Part shown: one piece after another, positions 46,601 through 60,639 of the stretch
Layout: every line of letters begins with the position of its first letter
Position numbering within the stretch: the stretch's first letter is position 1
Source: the human T2T-CHM13v2.0 reference genome, Homo sapiens
Length of the DNA: 64,000 nucleotides
Reading direction: 5' to 3' (one strand)
Assembly: GCF_009914755.1 (NCBI RefSeq)
Contig: NC_060929.1
The notes under the pieces: model-generated
What the model was told of the DNA's origin: nothing
The model's database searches: none
The model's input: only the letters and a program-made list of their open reading frames with translations
Position numbers and translations under genes: made by a program

Positions 46601-47419
46601 AGTCAACTGAAGTTAAAAATGAAACTAAGGTGGATTATCTGTTTATCAATCCTATGATCATATTTGGTTGTAAGCAATATGTTTCCATTTAAATAATATA
46701 TTTTTGCTTCCTTTTATCTAGTTTTCTTTGGTTTTACATAATGAGTGTGAATGGTCCTAACCCAGACTATTTAGTAGAAAAAAGCACATGGCACTTAGAG
46801 GACTAAGCGCAGCCAAAACTTCTTTCATGATGTCCGGACTCCCTGGAACTTCATGTAAGTTTGAGTAAAATGCTCATATCCATTCTGAAATAAGGCATAT
46901 CCAGTAAAATGTTCATATTCAGTCTGAAACAAGCTTCACTTCACAATGAGGATTCTGTAAGCTGGGGGCAGCTTTTGTATGTTGGGCTCCTGAATCTTGC
47001 CAGTAGTGGTCAGATGGCATACACTAGAACAGTTATCTCTAGCAAAAACACCTGGAAGAAACTTAGGATTTTTATGACAGCAATAAAAAAAGTTAAATGA
47101 GAATGATCAGATCTATATCATGAAATGAAACTATCTTCAGCCTAAGATACATCAAAGTCATCAAATTTTAATTTAATTATTGTGTTCCACATCATTACAT
47201 TCAATTATATTTCACATTACAAATTGTAAACACAAAAATCTCATTCTCTAACAATTTTTCTTGTCCTCAATTTTAACCTCTTTCCTAGGAAATCTGCTCT
47301 TCACACTCTTAGACACACATTGTATCTTAATTCCTACATTTCCTAATTACTTATCCATCTTTTGAATTTATTTACTTCTTCCTGCACAGAAACATATGGC
47401 TGACTATCTTATCTATTCT

Positions 47420-48540
47420 CTCATCAATATCTTGGTTATCTGATATTCCTATTATTTATTGCACCTGCTCAGGAAAACCACAACTGAATCAATTCGTCAA
47501 TCAGGTTTCTATGCTACTACTGGCATAGAAGTACTTCTAAATGACACACACAACCATATATATGTCAGTTCAAATTTAGTTCAGTCCAAATTTATGATGT
47601 GTAAGCTCATCTGGAGCCTTAGTGGAGCTCATCAGTCTTCACATTTTGTGCTTGTTTGTTTCTTTTCATGCTTTTCTGACCAGCTCTTTCTTGGATTCCA
47701 TGAGTTCATCCCTCTCCTTCCATCTCATACAAATTAGCCTCTAGTAGGCTTCCATCATTGTCCTTGTTTTATTGTTCTTTCCACATGCTTTCTTTGGAAG
47801 TTTCCATTAACCATCATGGTTTTAACTTCTGTGTCTATTCTTAAGCCTGTTATTTCTACAACTTCTACCCTACATCTACCTACTCAGAGCTTCAGATTTA
47901 TTTACTCTCAACACAAAGCAAGAATTATTCCATTAAACACAACTCAGATCATGACACAATTCTGTCAGTATTCCCAAAGGCTCCCCATCTTTCTAAAAAT
48001 TAAATTTAGAATTGTTATCTGTGTCTACAAGGACCTGCACCTTCTGTATCATATCTCCTTGCCCCTATTACCTCTCTGAATTCACCTCTTACTGCTCTCT
48101 GCTCACTTTGTTCCAGGCACAGATGCCAGGAGGAGTCTGTCTCTGGGAATTTGCATTCTCTTTCTCCCCTTGTGAGTCCTCTTTTCAAGATATGCCAGTG
48201 ACTCACTCTCTTATTTTGTGCAGTGTTTAACTGAAACTTATCAGTAAGAATTTTCTGGACCACTGTATTTAAAACTACACCCTTTCTTTAGTCTCCACAA
48301 ATACACTCTCTACTCACATCTCCTGCTTTGTTTTTTCCATTGCATTTATAACCATCTCTATATTTTACTTGTTTATTTTGTTTGTTATCTGCCTTCTTTC
48401 CCATTCCTGTCTTCCTCTGGTAGAGAACAAGCTCCTTGGAAGTAGGGATTCATGACTATCTTTATCGCTGTTATATCTCCAGAGCCTATCTTGATGCCTG
48501 TGATATAGGTGGTTGTTCACTAAATAGATGAATAAATGGA
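47420..48540 (+). mobile_element. L2a 3' portion
   Basis: L2 3' end (aagctccttggaagtaggg...taaatagatgaataaatg). Confidence 0.75.
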
Positions 48541-50975
48541 AAGATCATGGGCCTGGAATTGCAGAGTTTGCTAGTGGTAATCAGAAAATTAGACTCATAG
48601 AAAGGGAAAATTGGATTTCTTAAACCTCATAGGTACTTGTAAGAAGGTAATTGGGAAAAGGGAAGCTTATATGAACATTTCTCCTTTGGTAATTGCTGGC
48701 ATAGAAGGAGAAATAAAAAGGAAAACATTGGAATTCACCTTATATGAAAGACTATGCATTAAGAAACATTAGTATCAAGGAGAAAAAAGTAAAGTTTTTT
48801 GTATTTCATTAGCAAAACTTGATTTCTCTTCTCTGTTTGGGTCTTTTTCTTTATTTCTTTCCTCTAGCTCTCATTCCCTCCCTCTTTTCTTTTTCTATTT
48901 TATATCTTCTTTCCTTTCTTTTCCATTCATACTCACATATGAATATATTTCTGTTACTATAAAAATTACTGCTTTTGCATATGATCCAGTTTTATTGAGG
49001 TGATTAATTGTGCTAATGGTCTACTGATATAACCAATTCAAAGATAGCCAAGAAAAGATTATGGCTACATTCATAACCCCAGTGTTATTTGAAATAAGCC
49101 CAGCAGTCAAATAAAAGAACTAAGTAAATGAAGACTCCAAATTTAGAGATATTTTTATGTTAGCACATTCCCTAACTGTCAAGGAAATTTTACTAATCTA
49201 GAAAGTTGCTGCAGTCTCTTTTGACTCAAAAACAAAGCTTCTAAATTGATAGTCCATGTAGTGTTAACAGCCACAAATATTTTGTCCTTAAGCTATGAAT
49301 GTGTAATTCTTTCTTGAAAGTTGTTGGGTATTTGGCTCACTAAAATCCTGTGGAAATGAGTGCTGTAGATTTATTAGGCACTCTATAGAAATGCATTTCT
49401 TTTGTGTTTTAAATTAGTTGCATTTTAATGTCATTGAACATGCCCTTGTTCTTGTTTCCATTTGTGGTCTTGTATCCAGTGGGAATTTATAGGGCTCAGA
49501 TTTATTTAAATTATGCTGATGTATTTGATCTTTCAACATACAGTGCATGGTAAAAATGGGTGGCTGTCCATATCCATAAATGAAATATGAGGGAAAAGGC
49601 ATACTGATAAATTCTCTACTAAATCAGGTTTAATTAGATATCAAAAAGAGATAAAGCCGGGCAAAGTTTCCACTCTAAGTGTTACAGAGATCTAAGATCA
49701 GAAAAAGAGCATAGATATTCAATGGTATATTATAAAACATTTTCTGAATATTATAGATGACAATGCTAGAAAATACTTCCAATTCAGCCATTCCACTTAT
49801 TGAGCAAAAACTTACTCTTTATTAACTTGTGTAATTTCACTTTACAAATAGCTTAGGAAAACCTTTCTACCCACGGTAATTAGGCCTATAGAACTATGAT
49901 CATTCTTGTCTACCTTAGACCCTTAGAACTGTAGATATATCACTATTGATCCATATTTGGCATAGTTCTGTTTCTGCTTTTGGAATCGGGGCAGTATTTG
50001 AAACATTTTAAAGCATTATGTGTAAATTGAATTTTATGTTTAGTGCCCTGGGATTGCTTGTTAATTAAAATAAATTAGTGAATAATAATTTTCAGTATTA
50101 AATATTATTATATGGAGTTTACTTAAAATGAGATAGTCTTACTAGTTTCAAGGATTCACGTACGTATGCACAAAAATATGTTTCCTTGTCAAAAAGACAT
50201 ATATTATTACTTTTCACTTTCTCCATGTGCCTGTCCACTCTCTTCATCTGTCTTCTTCCAACACACTTGCCAAAGAAGAAGTAGGTACCACTAGAATAGT
50301 TTTAGGCATTTGAAAGACAGGTCAGGACACGTGGAGGAATAAATGTCTTATGTCTCTCCCATTCCGTTTGTTCCCCATGCTCACTCTTCACCCTGGCCTC
50401 ACCTTTCCTTATATGGCATTATCTTTTGACAGGGGATTTAAAACATGGTAAACATGAGTGATGTTAGCTGTAACTAAGGTTGCTGAAATTATGCTTGTGG
50501 GTTCTTCTCCATATCTATTTTCTAATTATAAAAACAAAGTAGACTCTGAAAATTAGCAGTCAACAAATACATGTTTTAAGTTTATTTAAAAACAGTAGCA
50601 AATGCAGAGTGTTATGACTGAATATATTTAAATATGTTAAATACATGGTATTTAAAATGCTAGCAAAATGCTAAAAGAAATGATAGTACTAAAAAAATTG
50701 TGTCTCCATCCTTTAGAGATTTATGTAGCTAGTTCATTTCACAAATTTCATTATTTCCTGTGCTAGAGAACAGTTTGAAAATTTTACTAAAACTTCAGAA
50801 TTTTGTGAAACTGACTGATTTAGCAAACTCTTTAAGTTACCACACCTAGATTTAACTTTCTTTCATAAACCCACAAGTCCTTTAAACTTTTATCAATGGT
50901 TTTGAGCCTCTGCTGTTTGCTCCTGTCCTTCCAATGCCCTAGTTTGTCATTCAGTATGATAGCCACAGTCCTCTC

Positions 50976-51515
50976 TTTTTTTTTTCAATTATACTTTAAG
51001 TTCTAGGGTGCATGTGCACAACATGCAGGTTTGTTACATATGTATACATGTGCCATGTTGGTGTGCTGCACCCATTAACTCATCATTTACATTAGGTATA
51101 TCTCCTAATGATATCCCTCCCCACACTTCCCACCCCATGACAGGCCCCAGTATGTGATGTTCCCCTTTGTGTGTCCAAATGTTCTCATTGTTCAATTCCC
51201 ACCTATGAGTGAGAACATGCGGTGTTTGGTTTTTTGTCCTTGCGACAGTTTGTTGAGAATGATGGTTTCCAGCTTCATCCATGTCCCTACAAAGGACATG
51301 AACTCATCCTTTTTATGGCTGCATAGTATTCCATAGTGTATATGTGCCACATTTTCTTCAACCAGTCTATCATTGTTGGACATTTGGGTTGGTTCCAAGT
51401 CTTTGCTATTGTGAGTAGTGCCGCAATAAACATACGTGTGCATGTGTCTTTATAGCAGCATGATTTATGTTCCTTTGGGTATATACCCAGTAATGGGATG
51501 GCTGGGTCAAATGGT
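50976..51515 (-). mobile_element. L1PA (about PA5-7) 3' end, 5'-truncated
   Basis: Poly-T, L1PA 3'UTR and ORF2 C-terminus (PFDPAIPLLGIYP). Confidence 0.95.
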
Positions 51516-51531
51516 TCCATGCTCATGGATA

Positions 51532-51840
51532 TTTATTATTTTTAACAATTTTATGGTGAAGTCTTTAGGAATTTCTATGTATAAGATTATGTTATTCTGA
51601 AAACAGGGGCAATTTAAATTTTTCCTTTCCATGTAGTATGTCTTTTATTTCTTTCTCTTGTGTAGTTGTTCTGGCTAGGGTTTTTAATACTATGTTGAAT
51701 AGAAGTGGTGAGAGTGGACATCCTTCTCTTGTTCCTAATCTTAGAGAAAAGGCTTTCAACTTTTAACTGTTAAGTATAATGTTAGTTGTGGATTCGTCAC
51801 ATATGCCCTTACTTGTGTTGAGGTACATTTCTTTTATTAT
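51532..51840 (-). mobile_element. Older L1M ORF2 fragment
   Basis: tactatgttgaatagaagtggtgagagtggacatcc. Confidence 0.8.
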
Positions 51841-52309
51841 TTCAATTTTTAAATATTGTATTTATTCTTTGTCTAGTTTTCTATAATAATTTTATTGCTT
51901 TTTAAGTGTATATGTTAAGGATTTTTAACTTTGTAATAGCTTTTTAACTGGTCTTCCTTCTTCTATCCTTGTCACTTACTGACCTATTTTTAACTCAGCA
52001 ATGAAGTAGATGATATTAAAATGTAGCTTATTCTATGTTATCCCATTGCTTAAAACTTTCCATGAGTTTGCCACTTTACTCAGAGAAAAGCTCTTAAAGT
52101 GGCTGACATGCTCTGATCCCATTTTCTCTCTAATATATTTTTTATTAACCTCCTATTATGATTTTATTCCCAATTCACTTTATTCCAACATGCCATTCCT
52201 TCCACCTCTCAGGGCTTTTGCATGTCTCAGGCCTCTGTTTCCTGTGCCTGGAATAGTCCCACCTAGATGTCTTCATGGTTGCCTATTTACCTCCTTCAGA
52301 CCTTGTCTT

Positions 52310-53476
52310 TTCTTTTTTTTTTCGTTAATTTTATTATTATTATTTTACTTTAAGTTTTAGGGTACATGTGCACAACGTGCAGGTTTGTTACATATGTATA
52401 CATGTGCCATGTTGGTGTGCTGCACCCATTAACTCGTCATTTAGCATTAGGTATATCTCCTAATGCTATCCCTCCCCCCTCCCTCCACCCCACAACAGTC
52501 CCCGGTGTGTGATGTTCCCCTTCCTGTGTCCATGTGTTTTCATTGTTCAATTCCCACCTATGAGTGAGAACATATGGTTTATGGTTGCATAGTATTCCAT
52601 GGTGTATATGTGCCACATTTTCTTAATCCAGTCTATCGTTGTTGGACATTTGGGTTGGTTCCAACTCTTTGCTATTGTGAATAGTGCTGCTATAAACATA
52701 CGTGTGCATTTGTCTTTATAGCAGCATGATTTATAATCCTTTGGGTATATACCCAGTAATGGGATGGCTGGGTCAAATGGTATTTCTAGTTCTAGATCCC
52801 TGAGGAATCGCCACACTGACTTCCACAATGGTTGAACTAGTTTACAGTCCCACCAACAGTGTAAAACTGTTCCTATTTCTCCACATCCTCTCCAGCACCT
52901 GGGAAAACTGGCTAGCCATATGTAGAAAGCTGAAACTGGATCCATTCCTTACACCTTATATAAAAATTAATTCAAGATGGATTAAAGACTTAAATGTTAG
53001 ATCTAAAACCATAAAAACGCTAGAAGAAAACCTAGGCAATATCATTCAGGACATAGGCATCATAGGCATGGGCAAGGACTTCATGTCTAAAACACCAAAA
53101 GCAATGGCAACAAAAGCCAAAATTGACAAATGGGATCTAATTAAACTAAAGAGCTTATGCACAGCAAAAGAAACTACCATCAGAGTGAACAGGCAACCTA
53201 CAGAATGGGAGAAAAATTTTGCAACCTACTCATCTGACAAAGGGCTAATATCCAGAATCTACAATGAACTCAAACAAATTTACAAGAAAAAAAGAAACAA
53301 CCCCATCAAAAAGTGGGCAAAGGATATGAACAGACACTTCTCAAAAGAAGACATTTATGCAGCCAAAAAACACATGAAAAAAAGTTCATCATCACTGGCC
53401 ATCAGAAAAATGCAAATCAAAACCACAATGAGATACCATCTCACACCAGTTAGAATGGCTATCATTAAAAAGTCAG
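52310..53476 (-). mobile_element. L1PA3/4-like 5'-inverted (twin-primed) insertion within an L2 relic
   Basis: Minus-strand 3' part 52310-52900 joined to a plus-oriented ORF2 segment 52899-53476; 14-bp TSD tcagaccttgtctt at 52296-52309 and 53473-53486. Confidence 0.95.
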
Positions 53477-53785
53477 ACCTTGTCTTAAATGTCACCCTCA
53501 ATGAGATTTATGTTGGCCTCCTCATCAGAAATTACAAGTAAACTCAATTTTGATTGAAATTGAATTATTCTATAAAACAATTCTCAAAAAATGGGATTTT
53601 GAAAACAATGTTTAGTTTTTCTAGTGAAAAGATATACTTTTTCATTTATTCACGTCATTAACATTATTTGTAAAGTATTTTTTTAAGACCTTACTCATTT
53701 TTTAGGTTTATCCTTAAATATTTGTTTCTTGTCATAGGTGTTATTATTGACAAGCGTTTACTCTGTTCAGTCTCTTCCATGTTAA

Positions 53786-54106
<321 letters not shown>

Positions 54107-55479
54107 GGGAAAATTATTTTTAGATATTTATCTTGCATTCCAAGTACTTTTGAATTCATTTTTCTAGTTTCAAGTGATTCTTTTAACTGTTCTGATACGC
54201 ATTCAGTTGATATGCAAATCTTTATTTCTCAATTTCTTACTATGTTTTGCACCATATTATATTGAAAGAACTTTCATAACAATGTTGGAAATAATTAGAG
54301 GTAGGGTTGGGGTACTAAAGCTTATTAGAAAGTAGAAAGACATAAAGATTTTTACTTTTGCTAAAACAACAAAAACCTGCCAGATAAACTTAATACTTAC
54401 ACTTTTCTTTAAAATAACCAGAGAACTATAGATACAAAATACCCTGAAAGAATTAAACCCCAGTGGAAATAGCCCTTGCTTATTAGTCAAGAGATGGAGG
54501 ATGCCTTTATGTTAGGGGACAGCTGTTGAGATTGGGATTGGACAAGCAGAGAAATGAAACTGCTATGAACTGCCAGTCTCTGTTGGGATGAGGAGAAATC
54601 AGTCAAATTTTGACAAAACTGTGGGCTGACATGTGGAATTTAAATCTAGTGGAGCCCCAAATACAATCTTCTGCTCAATATTTTCACATGATATTTTTGC
54701 TGAGATTGTAGGGGCTGGGGAGCTGGTCAGGAAAGCAGAGATCTTATCTTATGCAGTCATGTAAGATTGTGGTATCCTGGTTTGAGTCTTCAGTATCATT
54801 ACTCCATGGTTCCCAATGTCAGACATTAGAATAAAAATAAGGATGGAATCAATTGTCCGCCTCTAACCAGTCTCTCACTCTTGATATCACAAAAAAGATA
54901 TCACAGTTTTGGAGTTTTTTCTCAAGTAGTGGTGGTTGATCATGTTCATAAGGCCTTTAATAAGTCCTCGTGGACCAGAACATGATTATGCTTGAGGACC
55001 ATTTTTTAATTATCTGGTTTGCTTTTATGAGGAAATTCACAAGGCTTATGTTGGATTTCAAAGAATAAAATAAATAGCCATGATGTGCTGAGCAGTAAAA
55101 CTAACTTGTAACCGGGACTCAGAACATCTGTTTTATTTTAACTTTTGTTTTAAGTAAATTTTCTAGTAGACAATAAATTCAGCAGTGTTTTGGGCCCAGT
55201 TGCTTGGAAGCAGATCCTGAGACAGAGATTCTTGTTTACATGATGTATTAGGAAGTGCTCATAGGAAAAGGAGCAAGAGCAGCAGCAGGATAGAGTAGGT
55301 GTGGTCTGGACTGGAGCCTAGCTTCAGTCTGATCATACAGAATCTCTGGAGCACAAACTACACAAAATTAATCCTACCCTGAGGCAAGGAGGCAGCCTTC
55401 TGTACCTCTCTGTCAGCTTTCCATCATAGAAGACCTTCTCCATTCTGATAGTATTGAGCATAGTACAGGTTCTTCTCAT

Positions 55480-56340
55480 ACTTCAATAGTTTTGATTTTC
55501 CTTTTAATTTTTTCTTTTTACATTAAAATTTGTGATCCAATTGGTATTTATTTTAGTGTGAGATATGGAGTAAATATGCAGTTTCCCAAACGTTGTTTAT
55601 TGAATTGCAAATCTTTTCCACACTGATTTGTAATTCAATTTTTACATATATATGTTAAATTCTCATATATATATATATATGAGTCTATTTCTGGACTTTT
55701 GAAATGCATTCTTATTTTCATGAGCCAGTACTGCACTGCTTTTACTTATATAGTTTTATAGCATAATTTGAGAGTTCGTTGGTAGTTGGTATAGTCCCCC
55801 TTATTACTATTTTTTCTTCACATTTTTTCTGACATTTTGCTGCTACATAAAAAATTTTAAATCTGTCAGTCTAGTTAAAAACACTTCATTTTTATTCTTA
55901 TTAGGATTGTGATATGTTTACAAATTAACTTAGTAGGGGATGGGGACATTATCATATTGAGTCTTCTTATCTAAGATCAGGTAATGCTGTTCTATTTGTT
56001 CATGTGTTATTTTCTTATCTGTAGTTGCCTTTTGAGGTTTTCCTTCTATAGTTCTTGCTTCTTTCATATTGTAGCTTCCACCTGTAATACAGCTTTTTTG
56101 TATAAAGAAAAGCCACTGATTTATATTTATAAGTTATCTATCTATCTGAAATTTCTTGTCTTTGTGATAGTTCACTGTCTATTACATTTCTCAAGATACA
56201 ATTATATTATCTACAAAAAATGATACTCTATCATTTCTAATTTCTATACTAATATTTTCTCCCTCTTTTATAAGTATACTGATTATTTTCTGTAGAGAAA
56301 TATTAAGTAATTGTTATTTTACTGGGCATCTTTGCATTGT
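55480..56340 (-). mobile_element. L1ME-like relic
   Basis: T-rich degenerate L1 ORF2 in reverse (catattgagtcttcttatc). Confidence 0.6.
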
Positions 56341-56349
56341 TAAGTGATA

Positions 56350-59300
56350 GAATTTATTCCTGTTTCTTTCTTTTTGTTCCTGGACCCATACATTTTGGCT
56401 TTTGGAGAAACAACATCATATAATGATTATAAATTGACAGCATATACTGCATACTTGAGGACATTGCCTTAGAACTGCAAGCTGTTGCCATCCAACTGGT
56501 TCTTAACTACCTTCTATAAGTCACTGCATTAGTCTATCAAGCCAACTGCTTTAGAGTGTCAGTAAGACCAGTGAATACCTTAAACATGGACACATTGCTA
56601 CATTTTATTTGTGATAAAATGAGTTTCTTGGTCAGAATTGATGCTGTGTATAATTCTATGATGGAGGATAAAGCATTGTGTAAGTCCAAAGATGGTAGTT
56701 TTGGCAGAAGTTTAAGGATAGAAAAGGCAAATCTACAGTCATCAGTGTCTATTCCAGTAAGAACAAAGCACTTTCCCTTCCATGATGGAAACAATCTGTA
56801 TTGCTGATATGAAGAAATACCCAAGACTGGGTAATTTATAAAGGAAAGAGGTTTAATTGACAAACAGTTCCATAGGGCTGGGGAGGCCTCAGAAAACTTA
56901 CAATCATGGTGGAAGGGGAAGCAAGCATGTCCTTCTTCACATGATGGTAGGAAGGAGAAGAATGAGAGCCGAGCAAAGGGGGAAGCCCTTTATAAAACCA
57001 TCAGATTTTGTGAGAACTTAGCATCATGAGAATAAGCATGGGAGAAACTGCCCCTATGATTCAATTATCTTCTTCTAGGTCCCTCCCACCACATGTGGGG
57101 ATTATGGGAACTACAATCAAGGTAAGATTTGGGTGGGGACACAGCCAAACCATATCATTCCACCCTGGCCCCTCTCAAGTCTCATGTTCTCACAATTCAA
57201 AACCCAATCATGCCCTTCCAACAGTCTCCCAACGTCTTAACTCATTCCAACATTAACTCAAAAGTCCAAGTCCAAAGTCTCATCGGAGACAAGGCAAGTC
57301 CCTTCTGCCTAGGAGCACATAAAATTGAAAGCATGTTAGTTACTTCCTAGATACAATGGAGGTACAGGTATTGGGTAAATATATCTTTTCCAAATGGGAG
57401 AAATTGACCAAAATGATGGGGCTACTGGCCTCACGGAAGTTGAAAATCCAATGAGGCAGTAATTAAATGTTAAAGCTCCAAAATAATGTCCTTTGACTCC
57501 ATGTCTCACATCCAGCTCATGCTGATGCAAGAGGTGAGCTCCCATAACCTTGAGTAGCTCTGCCTCTGTGGCTTTGCAGGGTGCAGCCACCCTACCAGTT
57601 GCTTTCATGGGCTGGTATTGAGTGTCTTCAGTTTTTCCAGCTGCACAGTGCAAGCTGTCAGTGGATCTACCATTCTGGGGTCTGGAGGATGGTGGCCTCT
57701 TCTCACAGCTCCACTAGGCAGTGCTCCATTGGGGACTCTGTATGGGGGCTCCAACCCCACATTTCCTTTCTGCACTGCCCTAGCAGAGGTTCTCCATGAG
57801 GGCCTTCCCCATTCCTTCAGCAAAATTCTGCCTGGACATCCAGGTGTTTCCATACATCCTCTGAAATTTAGGCAGAGGTTCCCAAATCTCAATTCTTGAC
57901 TTTTATGCACCCACAGGCTTAACACCACATGAATGCTACCAAGGCCGGGGGCCTGTGCCATCTGAAGCAACAGCCCAAGCTGTGCCTTGGCCCCTTTTAG
58001 CCATGGCTGTAGAGAGGCTGAGATGCAGTCCTGAGGCTGCACACAGACCAGGAAACCATTTTTCCCTATTAGACCTTCAAACGTGTGATGGGGGGAACTA
58101 CTGTGAAGGTCTCTAACATACTTTGGAGACATTTTCCCCGTTGTCTTGGTAATTAACATTTGGCTCCTCGTTATTTATGCAAATTTCTTCAGCAAGCTTG
58201 AATTTCTCCCCAGAAAATGGGTTTTTCTTTTCTATCGCATTGTCAGGCTGAAAATTTTCCAAACTTTTATGCTCTGCTTCCTTTTGAACACTTTTCCACT
58301 TAGAAAATTTCTTCCACCTTATTCCCCAAATCATCTATCTCTCTCAAGTTCAAAATTCCACAGATCTCTAGGACAGGGCAAAAAGTCACCAGTCTCTGTG
58401 CTAAAGCACAGTAATAGTCACCTTTGCTCCAGTTCCTAACAAGTTCCTCATTTCCATCTGAGACCACCTCAGCCTGGACTTCATTGTCCCTATCACTATT
58501 AGCATTTTGATCAATCATTCAACAAGTCTCTAGGAAGTTCCAAATTTTCCCACATTTTTCTTCTTCTGAGTCCTCTAAACTGTTGCAACCTCTGCCTGTT
58601 ATCCAGCTCCAAAGTCACTTTCACATTTTCAGGTATCCTTATAGCAGCATCCCACTCTACTGGTAACAATTTACTGTATTAGTGTATTCTTATGCTGCTG
58701 TGAAGAAATACCCAAGACTGAGTAATTTATAAAGGAAAGAGGTTTAATTGACTCACTGTTCCATAGGGCTGGGGAGGTCTCAGAAAATTTACAATCATGG
58801 TGGAAGTGGAAGCAAACACATCTTTCTTCACATGGTGGCAGGAAGGAGAAGAATGAGAGCCAAGTGCAGGGGGAAGCCCCTTATAAAATCATCAGATCTT
58901 GTAAGAACTTACTATCATGAAAACAGCATAGGGGAAACCACCCCCATGATTTGATTACGTCCCACTGGGTCCCTCCCATGGCATGTGGAGATTATGGGAA
59001 CTATAATTCAAGATGAGATTTGTGTGGGGACACAGCCAAAGCATATCACAATCCAATTTAATCAGTCTGCTACCAAGTAGCTAGCTGATTCTTTGGCAGA
59101 TGGGTTTTAGTGAGTGAAAGTCCATGCTGCTTAGTGCATAACCTCCCTATCTGCTGCTATGGTCACTTTATTCATGCTTTCATTGGACAATGACTTAGGT
59201 GGCTAGAGAAGGATGTTGACTGATGTCCTCAGATTAGATAATCCTCCACCTGTGTATTAAAATCTTTCTTTGCTGAAGTCATCATTTGATGAGAACTCAC

Positions 59301-59500
59301 ATGGGATACAACTCCTACATTAGTGTAAATCCATATATCTGACCACCCTTTTTTCCAGGCAAATCGAACATTGCTTACAGTTGGCCTCCTGGAAGGATTT
59401 CCCTTCTTCAGTGCCTTTCAAACCAACCCTGGGTGGGGTTGAAGTGATGCAGCTATCCACTTCTGGATGATGCCTGCATGTAATACAGTACTATCTGTAA
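56350..59500 (-). mobile_element. ERVL internal (pol/integrase) relic, split by THE1
   Basis: Minus-strand peptide PSWKGKCFVLTGIDT resembles HERV-L integrase; continues after 59053. Confidence 0.7.
56797..59048 (-). mobile_element. Full-length THE1 (MaLR) element: LTR 58675-59048, internal, LTR 56797-57157
   Basis: Two ~365-bp direct repeats, ~1.5-kb THE1 internal region, 5-bp TSD caatc at 56792-56796 and 59049-59053. Confidence 0.95.
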
Positions 59501-60639
59501 ACAGAGATTGAGATATTTTCTTTCTCAGTTTGAAAATTGTTTACTTCTTTAATGCAATTCAGGTTTTCTTAACTGACTGTTCATATCCTTTGTCCATTTT
59601 TCCACTGGTGATCTCTGAATAGTGGTTGTCCTACATATTCATCTTGATTTTTCTTGCTAATAGTTTATCTAAAAATGTTTGATACTGTGGTTTTCAGAGT
59701 GTCTATGAATGAAATAATAATTTAAGTTTTTTTTATACTTACGTATGTTTTGTCTTCAGTAGTCATTACATTTTAGGAGTGGGTGAGAGGAAGGCAGGTC
59801 AACTCCTAGTTCTAGGTTACATGCAGTGTTTCCTGTGAATATGTGGGACAGGCAGTCTAGTGGTCTTCCTAACTGCTGAAGTAAATAGTACTTTATTCTG
59901 GGTGTGGGTAGCTTTAGAACATTTGAATTCTGAGTAGAACTGACTTTCGTTTTTGCTTTTTTAGTATGTTATTGATGGTCAAATTTTTTTATTGTTTGTA
60001 TCCCAATACTCATTGTGAATCTCTTTCCAGAAAGATTGTCCACTGTCTTGAGAGAACAGCTTTTAGGTCTTGTCTAATGCCTAAGCTCTACCGTGGCCGC
60101 CAATTGTGATCATATTCTACACACATGAAAAATAGAAAGGGGGAAAGGTGGTTTTACTGACTCAGCAGTGCTGAAACCAGTTCTCTAATTAATTATTTTG
60201 TGATTTCTCCTGTTGTTTGCACTTGTTTGCTTTGAGCAGGGAGCTTTTCTGTGGCTCCTTTTGGAAGGACCCATCTTAACCCTGGACAAATTCCTGTATC
60301 TGAAGCTTGATGTAATAGTTTAAAAGGATTAAGAGGCTTTTATTTGAATAAAGGTAGTATTAAAGAAAATCTCAGAGAAAAATTACTCTGGGCCAGTTAC
60401 ATTTCTATATGATTAGAGAGGCTATAAACATTTTATATAAATATAATGTCAACGTTGACACTTACTTTTGGTCTAACTTTGGACAAGTTGTGTAACCATT
60501 ATATACCGCAGATTTGCTTTTTATGACCCTCAATAGTTTTGTTGTGAAATGAAATTAGTTGACATTTACAAAAAAATGATTGGAATCATGCCTAGCATAG
60601 ATATGCTCTAAATTATCTTCTATTATTTTTTATATTACA

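Noticed and set aside
57026-58954. Multiple ORFs up to 184 aa
   Set aside because: All lie inside THE1 internal or LTR sequence; decayed MaLR sequence.
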